Positions 13,201-25,949 of a stretch of DNA of 64,000 bases are shown here, one piece after another. Under the pieces are notes generated by a model. The model was not told the DNA's origin. It made no database searches and saw only the letters and a program-made list of their open reading frames with translations. Every line of letters begins with the position of its first letter. Position 1 is the first letter of the stretch. Source of the DNA: Veleropilina oligotropha. Taxonomy: Eukaryota. Both the position numbers and the translations under genes were made by a program. The stretch is taken from assembly GCA_048128005.1 (NCBI GenBank), contig JBEUKZ010000131.1, forward strand, positions 186,001-250,000, in the 5' to 3' direction.

Positions 13201-14942
13201 AACACAAGATATTTTCCAGACCTCAATTGATTTTGAGGTCAAGGAAACAGCTGAAGTTGAAGTGGTTCTTAGTGAGATCACTGACGAAGCTAGCGCAATG
13301 GAGGCTCCATTGGTAATGGCTGATGTCCAACAAGATGAGCCATTGGAAGCTACGTCGATATCTGTCTTTGAGGATGTTGAACAGTTGACAATACAAGATG
13401 TTACAGATGCAAAATCAGAGACAACTGAACCAATTACGGTTGATCTTGACCTTCAACAGACTATACCCAAAGATGCCGAAGAATTTATATCCCAAGCTCT
13501 CATGGATGTTACCGAACAACCATATGTAGAGCAAATTCGTGAAGCTGAGAGTTTTGTAACAGAAAAAACTGATATTGAAATTAACTTGAAGGAGAGCCAA
13601 GATATGCTGCCAGAGACATTTGACATCCAAGAGCTTCTTGTTGTGACTGAACAGCCAGAGACTACTGATATGGGAGAACCAATCGGAGAGCAGCTGGATT
13701 TTGAAGAAACACCAATTGATCTGGAAGAATCTGTCTCTGGTGTGCCTTCAGTAGTTCATGTTGATGTGGTTGAGGAGGAACCAGAATTGCTTGAGGTTTC
13801 TGATGTAATAAAAGCAACTTCTGAAACCATTGATGTTTCGGATGTGTCACTTGAACTTTCTGATGTAGTCAAAGGGGATGCAACTCCATTACAGACTTCT
13901 GTAGTCGAAGAAATCACAGAAGAACCCATGGTCTCCGAAGTCATTGACGCCAAATTAGATTTGGCTGATACAGAAGATGTTCCGATTGACCTAGAGGAAA
14001 CAGAGACTAAAGACATTGAAGAGTTCCTGACTCTATCATCTGAGGAAGTCACTGACCAACCTCTTGTCCAGGAAGTCACGTACATTGAATCAGAAACTGC
14101 ACCAGAGGAGGAGGTTTCACATGTACTTGACGATACCAAAGTGACGGAACAACCAGAGCAACTTGATGCCCCATCCGAAGTCATCGAAGCATTTGCCACA
14201 ACTTTTGTTTCTGATATATTTACCGACCTTCAAAAAGATGAAACATTTACCTCTGCAGTCAATATGCCTGGTAAGCCAGTTACGGAATCCACCTCCTTCA
14301 CAATGGACCTACAGGAAACCGTGAAGGAAGTACCAGAACACACATTCAGTTCTGAAGTGACAGTGCCTGGGAAATCTATTACCGAAACATCGATGATTAC
14401 TCTTGATATTCAAGACATTGAAAAACCAGTGGATGAGGATACTAAGAACTTTATTACCTCTTTGTTACATGATATTATTGATGAAGCAGTACGCAGAGCA
14501 GTGACTGTCATGCACAAAGACATCAAGCCAATAATACCCGAGGAAGTGTCAGTGGAAATCCCAAGTCCACAAGAAACCGAAGTTGTGTACAAAGAAACAT
14601 TGACCATCGATAAGCCAGAAGAGCCAGAATTTGCTCCTGTGGAGATCGACTTCACCCTCCCTCAGGCGCCGTCCTTCATGGTCACACTGGAAGACACGAC
14701 TGTGATGGAGGGATCCGTACTTCGCCTGGAGTGCGTGGTGACAGGCAGCCCCATGCCTGATGTGACCTGGATCCTGGATGACATTCCCTTGGAGCCAAAC
14801 GATGACATCGAAATCCGCTTCTACGACGGACACTGTGTCCTGACCATCATTGACTCATTGCCAGACGATGAGGGAGAATACAAGGTGGAGGCTATCAACA
14901 GCGCCGGACGGTGCGTTACCACAGCATACATCACAGTGCTAC
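4287..14942 (+). CDS. Titin-like giant exon (10,656 bp, 3552 codons): acidic 45/90-aa repeat region plus C-terminal I-set Ig
   Basis: Acceptor tccctcttcctttcag|ca and donor c|gtaagt at 14943. ORF 4136..14959. Ig motif APSF..EGSVLRLECVVTGSPMPDVTW..DEGEYKVEAIN. Confidence 0.93.
7200..10900 (+). repeat. Coding tandem repeat, 270-bp (90-aa) unit made of two 45-aa subunits, ~13 well-conserved copies; degenerate 45-aa periodicity extends over roughly 5200-14200
   Basis: Anchor (a)gctcaggatgttgagcaag recurs at 7441, 7711, 7981, 8251, 8521, 8791, 9061, 9331, 9601, 9871, 10141 and 10411, each exactly 270 bp apart. Confidence 0.95.
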
Positions 14943-15328
14943 GTAAGTATTGTATCTAGTTATGGCACTTAATATTTCACTTATATTACCCTTCCTATTG
15001 ATTTTCCATAGCAAATGGGCTTCCCTCCCTCGATAATATGGACTTGTCCTGATCTTCATGAATGGTGTTGCCATGTACTTATTTATAGATTCTCTGAACT
15101 AGAACATATTGGTTTAGCTAGGATATTAGGCCGAAAGTTTAAAAAAAATTTAATACGTATAACTGTAATCTCTCTCGCTCTGTGTAATATGGCGGGCAAG
15201 AGAGACTATTTCCCTTTAGGTTAGTATTTATTATTCATGGAAAAATTTCAACTTTGAACTTGATAGTTTTCATAAATATCAAAGATTTCGTTTTACGATT
15301 TTAGTGAAGGTCTACATATATTTATTAA

Positions 15329-15783
15329 AGTGACTATTGCCCGTATTAACGCCATTTTCGTGAATGTGTAGCATGACTGAACAGCCTCTAAAAAGAAGTG
15401 GACGCACGTTTCGCACAGATTGATACAAATATCGGGAAGATTGATCAAATGATATATTTTCATTGAAATTATTATTGTAACTGGGCAATATATATTATTG
15501 TCAAATAGAAAGCTTTGATCTTACTTGGCGAGCATAAACCTATGCAACTTTGCTCGAACTAGGTCAATTGGAAAATTAATGTCACTTGGCTAGAGGTAAT
15601 TAAAAGCAGACCTCTTTTAATTATTTTTAAATCTTCATTAGCGATTTATTTAATCGGTATATAGCAAATTACTGACAAAAGTTAAGTGTTGAAAATGTCT
15701 AACTTTTTATGCTATAAACAAAGTGTCATTCCGTTAGTTTTCTTTTCAAAGAAAAAAGAGCGCATTAACGGGCAATAGTCTAT
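15329..15783. mobile_element. MITE family B with short TIRs (gactattgcccgt) and TTAA flanks
   Basis: ttaa|agtgactattgcccgt...acgggcaatagtctat|ttaa. Homologous copies at ~19659-20024 (inverted) and ~56412-56861. Confidence 0.8.
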
Positions 15784-15880
15784 TTAACCGGTTAAGCTAT
15801 GATGTAGAGCTCCATGTAGAAGTTCATCAATGGCATAATTCTTTTGTAACGTTAAGTTTTGATATGATACTAAAATTTAA

Positions 15881-16090
15881 AGTGCTGAAACCGAATAAGT
15901 TCCATAAAATGGGATTTAACGCCAATTAATCTGACACAATCTGTATACATGAGTTCTTTGCATAATGTTATAATGGTTTAGAGATTATCATTATATCTAA
16001 AATATATAGTAACAATCGTTGTGAATGTCGATATTGAATAAAAGAGTGCATTTAATACAAATTTTGGGGACTGATTCAGGTTCAGCATAT
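15881..16090. mobile_element. Second, internally deleted copy of the 2591-2901 foldback MITE
   Basis: ttaaagtgctgaa..cataaaatgggatttaacgccaattaatctgac matches 2587-2645. Ends ttcagcat. Confidence 0.7.
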
Positions 16091-16270
16091 TGAAAGAAAA
16101 TTATTTCATTATCAGTACCAAACACAAGTTGCCAATGGATAGCACGCATCTCTGGCATGTCTATTTTCTGCGTAATATATATCTATGTCATATTGCATGA
16201 ACTCACCTCACCCATTAGGTGCAGTTACCTGCTTTAATTGTTAAAGTTTGAAATGTTCCTTTGATTTCAG

Positions 16271-18223
16271 CATTAAGTGGTTCCTCGGAAGATGAGCAGC
16301 AGGAGATATCCGATGTGGAGGTCCCAACCCAATCTGTCGAGGACATTCCAGATGACATGTTCTTCAAGGAGACCATCACCCTAGGTTCTAAGCCTGGTCT
16401 GGAGCAAATCCAGTTGGAAATCACACCTTCCCAGGAAGAAATCAATGAGGACCAGTTATTCAAACAAACCATTATTCTGGAACCTCAGCCTGAGGTACAA
16501 GAAATCGAATTGGAAATCTCCCCTGGCGTTACAGAAACAGAAATAACGTATCTTGAAACATTCGATATTACGGCAGAGGAAGAAACAGAAAAGGTCACAG
16601 AGGAACAGATGTACAAACAGACCATTGCACTCGAACCTCGTATGGAGCCTCAAGAATTTGAGGTTGAAGTTGCACCAGGCGAGCAAGACACTGAGGTCAT
16701 ATACAGAGAAACAATCGAAGTTGCCAAAGAAGAACAGCCCATTACAGAGGAAGAATTCTTCAAACAAACAATCATTCTTGGACCCAAACCAGAAACAAGT
16801 GAACTTGAGGTAGAGGTATTACCTAGTGTACCTGAAACAGAAATAACGTATCGTGAAACTCTGGATATCACAACTGAATCAGAAGACGTCACGGAGGACG
16901 AAACATACAAGCAGACCATCTTGCTGGAGCCTCATATTGAACCACAAGAATTGGAAGTAGAAGTAGCGCCATCTGAGCAAACAACAGAGGTCATCTACAG
17001 GGAAACAATGGAAGTTGTGACAGAAGACCAACCAGTTACAGAAGAGGAACTCTTCGCACAAACAATCATTCTTGGGCCCAAGACAGACACTCAGGAAGTG
17101 GAGATGTTGCCAAGTGAACCTCAAATCGAGACCGTGTACAGAGAAACACTGCAAATTGACCAGGAGGAACTGGTAATTGATGACGGTCAACCAGAAGAAG
17201 TCAGTGAAGAGCAAGTATTTAGAGAAGAGGTCTCTCGAGGACCTCAGAAGGACTTCAGTCAGCTTGAGTTTGAGATTACTCCTACGGACAGACAGACTGA
17301 AGTCATCACATTTAGTGAGTCGATAGATACGGTCGACCAAACAGTTACGGATGAATCATTTATCGAGTCCGTGGTTCTTCAGCCCAAGCCAGAGTTTCAG
17401 GAAATTGAGTTTCAAATTTCGACAGGTGAGCAGCGACGATCTATCACCATCCAAGAGTCAATCACCGTGTCTAAAATCTTCACGCAAGAAACATTTGAAG
17501 AAACCATTGAAGAAACTCGACCACCTGTTGTGGAAACCATCGAATTGGAGAGGCCAGCTATTGAGAAGCCAGCAAGGGAAATCTTTGAAGAACCAAAGGA
17601 AAATGTGGAGTGTTTCCCATCATACTCTGAAATAATTGAAGATGTAAGATCTACTGTTCATATTACCAAAAAAGAGATTTCAGAAGTCATCGTTGAACAA
17701 CCAGAAATTCTAGAGCAACCCAGTGAAGATGGCAAACAGCCTAGTGATGAAACAACCAGCCATGTTACAATGCTAGAAATGATGACAATACAGAAAGAAA
17801 CAACTGAGTTTCAAGAAGTTACTTTTAAAATTGAGACAGATGAGGAAGGCCCACAAGTCACAGAAATCATTGAAGTCCAATCTCCAGAAGAACCCCAGGA
17901 AGAAATTCCTGAAGAAACTATGCCAGAAAAAGTTGACGACCGTCCAAAACTTCAAATCACCAAGCCATTGGACGATGTTGTTGTTAATGACGGGGAAACT
18001 GTCCACTTTGTGGTGAAATTCATTGCAGTTCCGGCACCTGTGGTCACATGGTTCGTGGATGACACGGCCATCAAGCCTACAGAAGAGTTCAAGGTCATCG
18101 TCGAGCACGACGAGAGCATACTGATCATCACGGAGTCATTCATGGAAGACGAGGGCGAATATAGAGTCCTGATTGAAAACGATGCTGGATCATCGGTATC
18201 GACAGCATATCTGACCGTTCTTC
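16271..18223 (+). CDS. Titin-like exon (651 codons, phase 1-1): ~49-aa acidic repeats plus Cys-free I-set Ig
   Basis: Acceptor ttgatttcag|ca and donor c|gtgagt at 18224. ORF 16261..18237. Ig LQITKPLDDVVVNDGETVHFVVKF..W..DEGEYRVLIEN. Confidence 0.92.
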
Positions 18224-18263
18224 GTGAGTATGAATGATGTAGTATGTATTCATGTGGTCTAAT

Positions 18264-18860
18264 GTCCTCACTGGTAGTCTAGTGGATGCAACTGTGATAG
18301 ATCTGTTAATTCACTTCCTTGGCTGCTCTATCGGCTGATCACTTGTCAGTTAATAGTCAAAGTCGTAGTTCCCCGTGACAGTGATGTGACCATGCCTTCT
18401 CCCGCGATAACATGGGGTTCCCCACGATGGTGATGTGACCATGCCTTCTCCCGCGATAACATGGGGTTCCCCATGATGGTGATGTGACCATGCCTTCTCC
18501 CGCGATAACATGGGGTTCCCCACGATGGTGATGTGACCATGCCTTCTCCCGCGATAACATGGGGTTCCCCATGACGGTGATGTGACCATGCCTTCTCCTG
18601 CGATAACATGGGGTTCCCCATGATGGTGATGTGACCATGCCTTCTCCCGCGATAACATGGGGTTCCCCATGATGGTGATGTGACCATGCCTTCTCCCGCG
18701 ATAACATGGGGTTTCCCATGACGGTGATGTGACCATGCCTTCTCCCGCGATAACATGGGGTTCCCCATGACGGTGATGTGACCATGCATTGGCATGGCCT
18801 GGTATGAGCATGAAGGTTGTTTAAATGAAATTTCAAGCGTTAATACAAATCAAATCCAAA
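18264..18860 (+). mobile_element. Degenerate SINE family A copy containing a 49-bp minisatellite
   Basis: Head cctcactggtagtctagtgg. Tail ctggtatgagcatgaaggttgtttaaatg..aaatcaaatcc resembles 27884-27940. Confidence 0.6.
18381..18786. repeat. 49-bp minisatellite, ~8 copies
   Basis: gtgatgtgaccatgccttctcccgcgataacatggggttcccca(t/c)ga(t/c)g repeated head to tail from 18381, 18430, etc. Confidence 0.95.
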
Positions 18861-19085
18861 ACGTAGCATAATAACAATACAACTCTTGTGTCTGATATTA
18901 TTTACATTTCAATATGTTTAATTTGAAATGTAGGCTATGTACATAGATAAATATATGTAACAATTTTATATCTGCAAATATAATTTGCTTTGTCAACAGT
19001 TACCTTTAGATATTTTTAAATATGTGCTTCAGATAAATTATCTCCCCTTGGTAATGCAGTGGTAATCTATCTTTTATTGGTACAG

Positions 19086-19214
19086 CTCCCTCTACAAGTG
19101 AATCCGAAAGTGAACTAGCGAAGGAGATAACCCATAAGATTGAAGTCAGTGAGGTGGTCACAACGGACGAGCCAATGGATTCTGAACCAGAGGAATTCTT
19201 TGTTCCGAAAGAAG
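19086..19214 (+). CDS. Small symmetric exon (43 codons) PSTSESESELAKEITHKIEVSEVVTTDEPMDSEPEEFFVPKE
   Basis: Acceptor cttttattggtacag|ct and donor g|gtgatt. Phase 1-1, open frame, acidic composition like neighbouring exons. Not in the ORF track in this frame. Confidence 0.75.
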
Positions 19215-19658
19215 GTGATTGATCTCCATCTTTTAACTGGATTCGTTAAACAATTGCTTCATGAAATGGTTTATGGAACAGTGAAATGTGGCATATGTGC
19301 TCCTTGCAATTTGATTTTAAATGAAACAAGTTTGCAATAAGTTTGAAATATGTTAGTTTAGACCGATGTTCTATTTTAACAACATTCAGGGATGCAGCAT
19401 ACAGCTATATTTTTGCGCGATGAAAGTCGGGTCACCTGTGCAATCATGCCCACACTGGCCAGTTGTAGACAACTGTGACATTGCACAAAATGCTCATCTG
19501 AAGGGAAGTACCGGTAACTCCTGAGAACCAAACCAGTCTGGCAATTGAATGGAGAGCCATGCTTTTATCAACTCAACCACTTAATTTAAGTTCCAAAATA
19601 GTCATATTTTCTGTGGATTTTAGAATATGATATTTAGAGTAAGCTTCCAACAGCATAA

Positions 19659-20024
19659 AGAGACCATTACCCATAAATGCGCTCTTTTTAAAAAAGAAAA
19701 CTAACCGTATTACACTTTTTGTTTATAGCATAAAAAGTATATTTAAAAATAATAAAACGCGGTCCACATTTAATTACCTCGCACCGAGTGCATTTCCAAT
19801 TGACCTAGTTGGAGCACAGTTGCGTAGGTTTCTGCTCGTCAAGTCAGATAGCTTTCTACTTGACAATAACATATTGCCCAGTTACAATAATAATTTCAAT
19901 AAAAGTCTATTATTTGATCATATATCGATCATATCTTTGCGAAATTTGTATCAATCTGCGTGAACTGTGCGATAAGGCATGCTACACAGTCACGAAAAGA
20001 GCGAATCTATGGGCAATAGTCTCT
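19659..20024. mobile_element. MITE family B, inverted copy
   Basis: Reverse complement matches 15329-15783. Right end atgggcaatagtctct|ttaa. Confidence 0.75.
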
Positions 20025-20132
20025 TTAAAAAAGATATTAAAGATGACCACTTCCAATTCTATTCGTAATACTGTTTCTTGTGATATTTTATGGCTGTATT
20101 TCAATCATTTTCAATTATTTATTTCTCTCCAG

Positions 20133-20314
20133 AACCCGTTCTTGTGACTCTCCCCGAGGAGACGACTTTGCCGTTGCTGGAAGAACCTGTACGTGCCCAG
20201 GAAGCTCCTCAGTTCGTTCAAATCTTGAAGCGGTTGGAAGTAATAGAAGGATCCCAGATCGTGTTCCATTGTGACGTCACCGGTCGACCAGAACCTCAGA
20301 TCGTTTGGTACAAG
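20133..20314 (+). CDS. Exon encoding linker plus N-terminal half of an I-set Ig (phase 1-0)
   Basis: Acceptor atttctctccag|aa and donor aag|gtgcgt. Encodes APQFVQILKRLEVIEGSQIVFHCDVTGRPEPQIVWYK. Confidence 0.9.
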
Positions 20315-20639
20315 GTGCGTTTATATATGCTCTAATGGTGAATAGCATCAGTAGTGATCATCTGAGTATTATCATAATGTTTTTTGACTTTTGTAGACTT
20401 GGATATGTTCAAAGCAGACATGCTGCATGAGAAGAGAGCTTATATTGTGTTGTATTTATGCTATATATGCACATGATGCCGTCATATATTTTGACCCTGT
20501 GGTTTAAAAGCCAATGCACTGACCCTAAACATATGAAAGATAATTTAGGACAAAAATCATGACATTTATGGACCTTGTTTTCACAACATTGGTGGATATT
20601 TTCTTGTGTTTTCTATTAACACATTTGGTACGTGAGTAT

Positions 20640-20770
20640 CAGGGTTCGCACAAGTCCTGGAAGTCATTGAAAGTCATAGAATTTTATTGACGCCATTTCA
20701 AGGCCCTTGAAGTCATGGAAAATCTGGCATTTAGGCAGATAGTTTTGGAAAAGTCATTGAATTTTATTCA
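20640..20770 (+). mobile_element. Possible hAT-like non-autonomous element terminus
   Basis: Starts cagggttcgcacaagtcctggaagtcattgaaagtc with short subterminal repeats. No matching second end found. Confidence 0.4.
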
Positions 20771-21078
20771 GATGTATGAGGCTGCCAGATGAGCTATTCC
20801 GTTGTGGCTGGTGATATCTTGCTAAAAATTAATGGATATTTCCCCAACTTGACTTCTTTGACTCCCATCTTCAATAATGTGTAGGGCCGCCCACCCAGAT
20901 GATTTTTCCGGTGTATATAAATACATGATGAAAGCAGTAACTGAGTGTGTCAGACAATGCACTGAAGATCTGAACATTGAAAATTGGAATATGACGAGTA
21001 GCGAGTCAAATTCCTATTGCCAACCGCACCAATTCATACATTTTGTAGTTTGTAATCTAAATATTCCCTCTTATTCAG

Positions 21079-21244
21079 GATGGAGTTATACTGCCAGAGG
21101 AGGAGCACTTTTTGACCGAGTTCACCGATGGTCAGTGCACACTGACCATACCTTTAGTGACACTGGAAGACGAGGCGGAGTATTTATGCGAGGCCCGCAA
21201 CGAGGCAGGAATCACCTCGACATGGGCAGAACTTTTCGTGGAAA
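21079..21244 (+). CDS. Exon encoding the C-terminal half of the same I-set Ig (phase 0-1)
   Basis: Acceptor ccctcttattcag|gat and donor a|gtaagc. Encodes DGVILPEEEHFLTEFTDGQCTLTIPLVTLEDEAEYLCEARNEAGITSTWAELFVE, joining as WYK-DG. Confidence 0.9.
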
Positions 21245-24200
21245 GTAAGCATCGTTTGTTGCCGTGGCGACCACAAACACTAGATTTTGAACACCGCCAT
21301 AGTGACACCTGTAGAAATGTAGATCCTAGCTTTTGTAATCAAATACGGAGAAGATTTACAGACCTGCTGATTTTTCCACTACCCTCATCAATGTGCAGAG
21401 ATGAAATTATAATGTTCAATATAAAATGCTATGCAAGTCACAATTGACAAGGATTATAACAGGGGTTGATGGCTTGATAATTATTTCAAATATTCATAGG
21501 ACAATTTACGTTGTAGAAATATTTGAATTAATCTACCTAATCCTTTTTGGAGAATCACTTTGTAAATCTTCTCAGTATGCTGGACATCATCTTTCCAATA
21601 TACTGTATTTCATTTTTGTCGCACACCTCGTTCCATTCATTAATGGTGATATAGCTGTGCTATAACTAACTGATATCAGAAGACTTGGATGCTGTAAGCG
21701 CCTCCTACCGGATACCATGGCGCAGTTCAAATGCAGACGTAGTGATTGTATATGCATAGAAGTATACACATTGTAACGTAGCTGTACACAGTTCAATGAA
21801 CGAATTGTTGGAAGTGAACACATTGTAACAAATTCAATATACGGTGCCTCTTCGTGTCATTGTAAACAGTTTAATGACTGAATCATGCCTGTAAATGAAA
21901 TATTCGCTCGCGTGCACGTGATTGGGCGAGGTTTGCGACAAGTCAATTATAATACTCAACACCAATTGGTTATTTTAGTTGTCGGGACATTCTGCATGGG
22001 TTGCTCCCATGTCAATGACACTCGCATGCTTTTAGGCGCGCTCGTGATTGACATGGAAGCAAATCATGCAAAGTGTTCCAATATCTAAAACAACGTATGA
22101 TGTATTGTACTATAATTATTACATAATGTCAATTAGTCGTACCTTATGAACGTTGTGGAGTTTAGCCTTCAGACCACCGATATGATGAAAGACCATCATG
22201 TTTTCTATGTATGTATATTTACTGCTGCTAGTCATAAGAGAATGTGTGATCAATGGCAACATCTATAGTAGACGTAAATTTCACAACCTTTCCTTTGTTG
22301 TGATTATTTTTGTATCATAAGTGTTAAGGCAATTATCACATAGGTTAGCTGTGATGAACGCTCGGCCTTTGATGTCATCGATTGCTCAGCTCTCCTGATA
22401 AAACTGACACTTCAGAAACAATGTCATGTATTTAATGCTTGTTTCAACAAGTTCATATGAATTAAACATGAAAAAGCAGTATACGTTCAATGAAGAATCA
22501 CTCTACATGTAAAGTTGTGAAATATTTTATAAAATTTATATTTCGTGAGGTCATGCTTTTTCTCGGGTGAGACTAGTAATCTTGTTGTATCCTTGTGACA
22601 ACATTTGACATAATTTTGTGATGAACACGAAGCTTCAATTTATGTTGTTAGTCATTCTTTAGCTAGGTGTATGGAGAATATTTTTATATCTTTGCATCTA
22701 TTGTAAGTTATTGGTATGTAGGCGTGCCTGGAATGTGCTTAAAGTGCTATATATGTATTTTATATTTTACCTCTTTATGTACACTTTTGTGTCTGATACG
22801 TTGTCATATTGATCTGCTTGACTTTACTTTTAGATGCCGTCTACAGTTTATTGTGCATGTCATTATGTCAAACTTGTCTATCGAAATTAGAAACAGCCAC
22901 ACATAAGTTGTTATTATTGTACTTTTATACAGTAAGCAATTTTATATTTAACTTTGCAATGATCTCAAATTAAACCTTTCACTTTGTACATACGTTTTGC
23001 ACAAATAAAGTTTCTTTATGGAGCAAATAAATAATTTGTTTTAGAAATTTGCATGGCATGTAAAAATAACTGGTGATGTAAAGTTAAGCATGAGTTTTTT
23101 TGCACTAACGATGTAAATATTTGCTAAAGCTATTTGCTTAACAAGAGTTTTTAATAACATTATAATGTAACTGTATTTCATCACCAGAATCCGATTTCAA
23201 ATATAAACCTCACATCAATTACTATTAAATGATATGCAATAAATATTAAATACTTTATGTTAAACAATCATTGCAATTATGATGTAGAATTTTGATAAAA
23301 TTACATTATTTTGGCTATTGAAGATCATATTTTACTAAAACTAACAGATATAAAACAGCTTTGCTAATGAAAGCAATTTTGAAAAAAGATCAACATTTAT
23401 GCTAATGACAAAATAAGCATGTGCTTAGAATTTAGCTTTTGTGATGAATTTATATATTATACAAGTTATATATGCAAAATGGTGATATTTATATCAGTTC
23501 CAATATAATGATGAACTAAGTGTGTGGCTATTTCTAACTATATTTCATTAACAGCTTTTTTTCAGGCTTTTATTCAGAAAATTTCATCTCCATGTCACAT
23601 GTAAACATGTCGCAAAAATGTTTCACCCATCCTCAGAAGTTTAACAGCAGTTTGATTTCTCCAATTTTCCTAGGTGTTTGCTTTGGCAGGAAAAATGTTC
23701 AGACAAAAATTTGCACTCACTGTTTGATTTCTTTAACAAACATTGCAGTTTACTCTCATTTCATCTGCTAGTCCTTTAATGATTTAGAATTTTGAATGAA
23801 TGAAATGAAATGAAAATTTATTATTGCCCATGTGAATACTAGTAATCATGGTCATATTATACATGTCAATTTACGGCTGTGAAAGAACTCGCCTTCCATG
23901 AATGCTAACAGATAACACGACTGATCTAGACCATGCACATCATTTGAACAAGTGCCACTCTATCCCTATATAATTGTGGTGTGTCAACATATCATGCAGC
24001 CTTGTCTGGCATATAGATTATGGATATTTAAGGCATGATGCTCATCAGTAAAGATATTAAATGCCATCTAATATAACACTGTTTGAAATACTTATAATAA
24101 TTATTATAATGAGTGTCTTCTTTCAATATTGAATCCGTTGCATTCAGGCATTTTTATGAGTGATTTAACGATATGTGTTCTCCACAGCTGAAAGATTCAT

Positions 24201-24418
24201 ATGAATATATATACATATCAATTATTTCGATCACTATTTTGTAAAGTTTTCAGTTTGATATTGCTGATATTGGAATGTAACAGAACATAGCAGTCTGTGT
24301 CAGCTAGTGGAGAACTCACTAACATTTTAACATCATTGTTCATCAGTACCTCAGATGCGTGTTATCATTAATGTTCACGATTTTTCCATTTAACATTAAC
24401 ATCCTGCATTTTGTCCAG

Positions 24419-24511
24419 AGAGTGTTGACGCTGAAGTTGTCTATGAAGAGTATGTTCAGGTAGACATCAGAGTGGACTTGTACACGGGATCCATGGAAAC
24501 AGAAATGGACG
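24419..24511 (+). CDS. Candidate small symmetric exon SVDAEVVYEEYVQVDIRVDLYTGSMETEMD (or terminal exon reading to TAG at 24520-24522)
   Basis: Acceptor cattttgtccag|ag. Phase-1 open frame, acidic. Donor g|gtgatt is the same hexamer as the donor of exon 19086-19214. Confidence 0.55.
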
Positions 24512-24658
24512 GTGATTTCTAGAAGACTGTCAAGAACTACGAGGCGCTAGCCTGTTTATCTCACTGTTCGTCATTCATCACTGTTTTAGACAATTGGTTA
24601 GATTTGAGAAGTTTCTTAAAATTACATCACAGTGTAATTCAGAGTTCAAAATGTATTT

Positions 24659-24905
24659 GGCCGCTCCGGTAGCCGAGTGGATAAGAGTGTGGACTCTGAA
24701 GTCCCTCGGTTGGTTGCTTTGTCTCAGCAGGAGTGCGTTCTAACCTCACGTGGGGAAATTTCATTCTTTGTTTAGTTACCAGTCTCCGTTATCCATAACT
24801 GGCCTGAGAGGTAAGGTTTTCTCGGCCGACCAAGCTTTCTATCTGCGATGATACAACCTGACGGGTTGTTAAACACAGGACATTATGCATTGATGCAAAC
24901 CATAC
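24659..24905 (+). mobile_element. SINE family A copy
   Basis: ggccgctccggtagccgagtggataagag...atccataactggcc...caggacattatgcat aligns with 3467-3723. Confidence 0.75.
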
Positions 24906-25027
24906 AAAAACCTAAACATGTATACCAAATACATATGTATAAAATATTTATAAACATTCATGTAAACGGTTGACTAGTTTTTTTCCATGATGAGCAGTTC
25001 AAGTCAAATGTTGCACATGTGATAGCT

Positions 25028-25093
25028 GAATTATATGTAGATCAGTGATGAATTATATGTAGATCAGTGATGAATTATATATAGATCAGTGAA
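25028..25093. repeat. Short tandem repeat tgaattatatgtagatcagtga, 3 copies
   Basis: Directly visible. Confidence 0.8.
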
Positions 25094-25949
25094 GAATGAC
25101 AACATGTTGAGTATACAAGATTTTTTGATGATGTGTTAATAATGTTTTACCTCGGCTGTCACCAAAGATTTCACAGCATTCAATGGTTACCAAGTCTACA
25201 AATGTATCATTATATTTTCCTCAATGTTGCACATGGAGTGACCTATTACCATATCTTCTTGCCAATTAGACACTGAATTTTAATAGTAGTTTCCATTGCA
25301 CACAGCATCCGTCTATGGGATAGAGACGTTTAACCAAAGCCTGACTGCACTACGACTGAAAATTGATAAAATCAGTTACAAATCGAATCAAACCAACACC
25401 TTTATACTTGCATTTTTATTGCCAATTTCACCGATTGATGTAAATAACTGCAATAGTGATGGAATGAGGCAATTACAAATACCAGCGATGTGTAATGTGT
25501 GATAAAACTATCTACATGTGCCACAAATGTGAGTCCACAATGAACCGATACTACATTGTAGGAATAGAACAGTGAATTTCCAAGCCATCACAGCTGGCAT
25601 TTCTCAGTGTATGCCAGACGCATGTCAACATGGATAGATTATTACAGAGTTACAAGAAAATACATGTACGCATGGTGTCAGGAAAACGCCAGTGAACAGA
25701 CATGTGCCATAATCTTGGTGCTATTTATAAAGTGCTCGCCTTCTTGCATTTCGTCATATATTTCGTGCATCAAGCAAGAAGTCTGTTAAAATTTATGGTT
25801 ATTAATATAATTATATACATCCAGCCAGTCACAATTATATACATCCAACCAGTCAAAAGGCAGAGCTCTGATTTTGTGGAGAGAATTGTCGGTTTACAAC
25901 ACTCCTGTACGTAGCAAGCATTTGTATTTAAGCCAGATTTGGGAACTCT

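Noticed and set aside
18346..18836. Three overlapping minus-strand ORFs of ~150 aa
   Set aside because: Produced by a stop-free 49-bp minisatellite.
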